The notes beneath the pieces were generated by a model, which saw nothing but the letters and a program-made list of their open reading frames with translations, did no database searches and was not told the origin of the DNA. The position numbers and the translations under genes were made by a program. Shown in pieces: positions 60,600-64,000 of a stretch of DNA of 64,000 nt (positions within the stretch are counted from its first letter, which is position 1; the number at the start of each line of letters is the position of its first letter). Source of the stretch: Candidatus Latescibacterota bacterium. Lineage in GTDB: Bacteria; Latescibacterota; UBA2968; GCA-2709665. Where the stretch lies: contig CBDDDZ010000005.1 in NCBI GenBank assembly GCA_965226795.1, positions 2,720,001-2,784,000 of the forward strand. Reading direction: 5' to 3'.

Positions 60600-61823
60600 T
60601 TGAATCAACCGTTGTATGCCGACGCAGGATCAATTGTGGAAAAACGACTCTATTGCAGGCATGTCCCTTCCGGAGAACGCGTTTCATGGTCTGATTTCCT
60701 GGACCGTTTCAAACCCGGCCGGGGCGCCCCTGACGAATTGTGGGAGGCGGACTACGATTACGCGTTCAGCCGGCGCAAGTTCGGAACGGGGTTACCGGTC
60801 CGCGATGCGCCGGGGATTTTCAAATGGTGGCCGCTGCTGCCGGTTGCGGGGCCGGCAGGTCTGGTCTCCCTGGGCGAGGGGGGCACGCCGCTGATTCACT
60901 GCCGGCAGTTCGAACGCCGGAATCACCCCCGTGTGCTGGTAAAGAACGAGAGCGTGAACCCCACCGGGTCCTTCAAGGACCGGTACGATTGCCTGAGTGT
61001 TAACGTCGCGCGGGCGCTGGGATATAGCCGTGTCGTGTGCGCATCCACGGGAAACCACGCGCTGTCCGTTGCGGCATACGCCGCGGCGGCCGGATTGGAC
61101 TGTCTGTCGATTGTAGCGGACAGTATCTCGGATCAGGTGTGGGCGACGTTGAAGGTCTACGGGGCGGCAACGCGGGTGGTTCCCGCGGCGGACCGATTCG
61201 AAATGCTGGCGGAAGAAGCGTCGAGCGGTCGGTTTCCGATGGGCCTGTTCATGCCGGGTGCAACCGAAAATCCGTTCGGAGTCTTAGCATATAAGACGAT
61301 CGCCTATGAATTGGTGGACCAACTGGGGCATGCGCCCGACGCGGTCGTGTTTCCCTGCGCCCGGGGCAACGGTCTTTACGGGACATGGAAGGGGTTTCGG
61401 GAGGCATACGAACTGGGGCTTATCAATCGTCTTCCCAGAATGTATGCCTGCCAACCGGATTCGGCGGCCTCCCTCGTAAAGGCATTCGAAGCCGGGGCGC
61501 ACACGCCGGTTCATGTGACACCGGGAACCACGATCGCCGATGCGGTCAACGAGTCTATCTCCAGCGTTCAGGCGCTGGAAGCGCTGTACGCATCGAATGG
61601 AGGCGCCGTTGCGATTAACGACAACGCGATCTTCGACGCGATGTTCGCACTCGGCAGAGACGGAGTATTCGCCGAGGCGTCTTCGGCAATGGCCCGGGCG
61701 GCGGTAGAACGCCTGGCCGATGCCGGCGCGTTTACCAGAGGTGAGACGGTGGTGATGGTGGTTACCAGTACGGGGTTCAAGTCTACTCGAGAAATCCTGG
61801 AGCAAATTGCGGCCGAACGATAA
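60600..61823 (+). CDS. Threonine synthase-like PLP enzyme (fold type II)
   Basis: SLGEGGTPL, KNESVNPTGSFKDR, ASTGN and KTIAYE. Confidence 0.88.
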   Translation: MNQPLYADAGSIVEKRLYCRHVPSGERVSWSDFLDRFKPGRGAPDELWEADYDYAFSRRKFGTGLPVRDAPGIFKWWPLLPVAGPAGLVSLGEGGTPLIHCRQFERRNHPRVLVKNESVNPTGSFKDRYDCLSVNVARALGYSRVVCASTGNHALSVAAYAAAAGLDCLSIVADSISDQVWATLKVYGAATRVVPAADRFEMLAEEASSGRFPMGLFMPGATENPFGVLAYKTIAYELVDQLGHAPDAVVFPCARGNGLYGTWKGFREAYELGLINRLPRMYACQPDSAASLVKAFEAGAHTPVHVTPGTTIADAVNESISSVQALEALYASNGGAVAINDNAIFDAMFALGRDGVFAEASSAMARAAVERLADAGAFTRGETVVMVVTSTGFKSTREILEQIAAER

Positions 61824-61841
61824 ATACGCGCGGGAGGCGTT

Positions 61842-62963
61842 ATGATTCGACAGACCGAAAACCCGGAAGAGATCGGGTTATCCGGGGAAGCCATCCAAAC
61901 GGCTTGCGGGATCCTGGAGGAGGCGGTGGTGCGGGGAGAGCTAATGGGCGCGGCGCTGCAGGTATCCCGGGGCGGAGTCGCCCTTCCACCTGCGTGTTTC
62001 GGGCGCCGCAAGCTGGATCCCGACGGGCCGCCGGTTGAGCCGGATACGATTTTTCTGATTGCATCCATTACCAAGCCGATCGTGGCCGCGGCGGTCATGC
62101 TGCTCGTGGAGCGAGGCGAGGTCTGCCTGGACGACCTGGTGGCGGAACTTGTACCGGAGTTCGGTCGGGCTGGCAAGGAAGGTGTGCAGGTGCGGCATCT
62201 CCTGACCCACACATCGGGACTGCCGGACATGCTGCCGGAAAATCTGGCATTACGGGCCGAACACGCACCACTGGACGTTTTTGTACAGCAAATCTGCAAG
62301 GTAAAGTTGCTATTTGAACCCGGTACGCGGATTTCTTACCAGAGCTGTGGAATCGCAATGCTGGGCGAGATTGTTCAGCGGGTTGAGGCGACGCCGGTAC
62401 GGATGTTTTTGAGACGGGAGTTTTTTGAACCGATGGGTCTCGTGGATACGTCACTGGGTCTCCGGAAACGAAACGCGCGGGAGTCCGACGTGAAGATTCA
62501 CAGCGGTGAGTACGGTGAAGCGGACGCCGTATCGTGGAATTGGAATTCGGACTACTGGAGAGGGTTCGGCGCCCCCTGGGGAGGGCTGTTAACGACCACG
62601 GCGGAGTTGACGGCGCTCTGTCAGGCCTTTTTGTACGACGGTGCACTGAACGGAAACCGCATTCTGAATCCTGCAACGGTTGCCGCAATGACGATGGATC
62701 AGACGTCGACGATGCCGGATCTGACCCACGCTGACAGACTAAGACAGCGTTGGGGGTTGGGATGGCGCCTGCGCGACCGGGTGAGTTCAATCTTCGGCGA
62801 TCTGACTTCGGACGCCACCTTCGGACACGAGGGGGCAACGGGCACGGTGGCATGGGTGGATCCCGAAACGGAAACGACGTGCGTGCTGTTTACGAACGAC
62901 CCGCACGGCGCTGCGACTGTACGTCCGCGGGTGTGCAATACGGTTGCAGCTGCCGTTATTTAG
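61842..62963 (+). CDS. Serine hydrolase, beta-lactamase class C/AmpC-like family
   Basis: IASITK (SxxK), LLTHTSGL, YQS and FGHEGATG; no signal peptide. Confidence 0.92.
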   Translation: MIRQTENPEEIGLSGEAIQTACGILEEAVVRGELMGAALQVSRGGVALPPACFGRRKLDPDGPPVEPDTIFLIASITKPIVAAAVMLLVERGEVCLDDLVAELVPEFGRAGKEGVQVRHLLTHTSGLPDMLPENLALRAEHAPLDVFVQQICKVKLLFEPGTRISYQSCGIAMLGEIVQRVEATPVRMFLRREFFEPMGLVDTSLGLRKRNARESDVKIHSGEYGEADAVSWNWNSDYWRGFGAPWGGLLTTTAELTALCQAFLYDGALNGNRILNPATVAAMTMDQTSTMPDLTHADRLRQRWGLGWRLRDRVSSIFGDLTSDATFGHEGATGTVAWVDPETETTCVLFTNDPHGAATVRPRVCNTVAAAVI

Positions 62964-63062
62964 GGCGTGCAACCCTTCCGCATCTCGAATGTATCGCATC
63001 TGACATTTCTTTCCGGTTTCAGGAATGCTCCCGCCAACGCCACCCGATTGTGACCTGGTGCT

Positions 63063-64000
63063 TTAACCCTCAACCTGAACGTTCCCGAACAGGGTGCTGA
63101 CGGATTCGTCGTTGTGGATGCGGCGGATGGCTTCCCCCAGAATGGAGGCTACGGAAAGCACCTTTATTTTTCCATTTTGGACCCTTTCCGGCACGGGGAT
63201 GGAGTTTGACACCACCAATTCGGTTAGAACGGAATTCTCCACGCGCTCGATTGCGGGTCCGGCCAGCACCGGATGTACGATTACGGCGCTGATGTCCAAG
63301 GCACCTTGTTCTCTCAGAGCCGTAGCGGCCTCGACAAGCGACCCGCCGGTGGAGATAAGATCGTCGATGATCACGACGTTCTTTCCTTCCACGTCGCCGA
63401 TAATGTTCAGAACTTCGGTTTGGGTGCCGCTTGAGCGCCGTTTGTCTACAATTGCCAGGGGAGCGTCCAGCAGTTCGGAATAGGCCCGGGTCATCTTTAT
63501 GTTGCCCACGTCAGGCGTGACCGTGACCAGGTTTTCCATGCCCTTTTCGATCAGGTAGTTGCCGAAAACATTGATGGAGTAAAGGTGGTCCATGGGAATG
63601 TCGAAGAATCCCTGGATCTGGTTGGAATGCAGATCCAGCGAAAGGACCCGCCTGGCACCGGCGGTAACGATGAGGTTCCCAATCAGCTTGGCGGTGATTG
63701 GAACACGCGGCCTGTCTTTCCGATCCTGCCGGGCATAGCCGTAATAAGGCAATACTGCGGTGATTCGCCGGGCGGAGGCTCTACGGGCGGCGTCAATGAG
63801 GATAAGGATTTCCATCAGGGCGTCGTTGGGCGTGTATACCCCGTTGCCGCAGACGGGCTGAACGATGTATACGTCGTTCCCGCGCACGTTCTCACGGATC
63901 TGAACGCTGGTTTCTCCTCCCGGAAAACTGGTGACTTCAGCCTCTCCCAGGTCGATGTCGAGGTGATGACAGATCTCCTCGGCCAGAGGGCGGTTGATGT
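63063..64000 (-). CDS. prs: Ribose-phosphate pyrophosphokinase (partial, start beyond window end)
   Basis: Frame open to the window edge (INRPLAEEICHHL...FPGGETSVQIRENVRG); YARQDRK, DLHSNQIQGFF and DDLISTGGS. Confidence 0.97.
   Translation of the reverse strand, partial: INRPLAEEICHHLDIDLGEAEVTSFPGGETSVQIRENVRGNDVYIVQPVCGNGVYTPNDALMEILILIDAARRASARRITAVLPYYGYARQDRKDRPRVPITAKLIGNLIVTAGARRVLSLDLHSNQIQGFFDIPMDHLYSINVFGNYLIEKGMENLVTVTPDVGNIKMTRAYSELLDAPLAIVDKRRSSGTQTEVLNIIGDVEGKNVVIIDDLISTGGSLVEAATALREQGALDISAVIVHPVLAGPAIERVENSVLTELVVSNSIPVPERVQNGKIKVLSVASILGEAIRRIHNDESVSTLFGNVQVEG

Noticed and set aside
1..64000. CRISPR arrays, tRNA/rRNA genes, transposases, integrases, defence systems
   Set aside because: No regularly spaced direct repeats, no cloverleaf with a T-arm outside CDSs, and no transposase, recombinase or reverse-transcriptase motifs seen by eye.

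Overview
GC-rich, gene-dense chromosomal window from a diderm bacterium of the FCB group. Latescibacterota/Gemmatimonadota-like affiliation is inferred from a PorV-family gene, a TonB-dependent receptor with a large secreted partner, a peptidase/PD40/Omp85 fusion and a C-terminal EF-hand/dockerin-like tail. About 48 CDSs are present, including sucD, rpiA, era, a yicC-gmk-rpoZ-coaBC-UDG-dnaB run extended by Tpt1/KptA, a DacZ-like diadenylate cyclase, DUF1854 and a GT-C glycosyltransferase, an L,D-transpeptidase operon, catabolic enzymes, modA and a partial prs. No tRNA, rRNA, CRISPR array or transposase was seen. Strongest candidates for new biology: (1) a two-gene membrane system at 21.9-28.8 kb, in which a catalytically degenerate M28-fold (nicalin/nicastrin-like) ectodomain is fused to a MacB/FtsX permease and followed by an OPT-like transporter with no adjacent ATPase; (2) a ~195-nt highly structured non-coding RNA candidate at 43.9-44.1 kb; (3) a promoter-leader-terminator attenuator ahead of the TonB receptor operon; (4) a helical lipoprotein plus active and pseudo L,D-transpeptidase operon; (5) an abrupt G-to-C skew reversal inside one gene. 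All calls come from reading motifs by eye; no searches were run.
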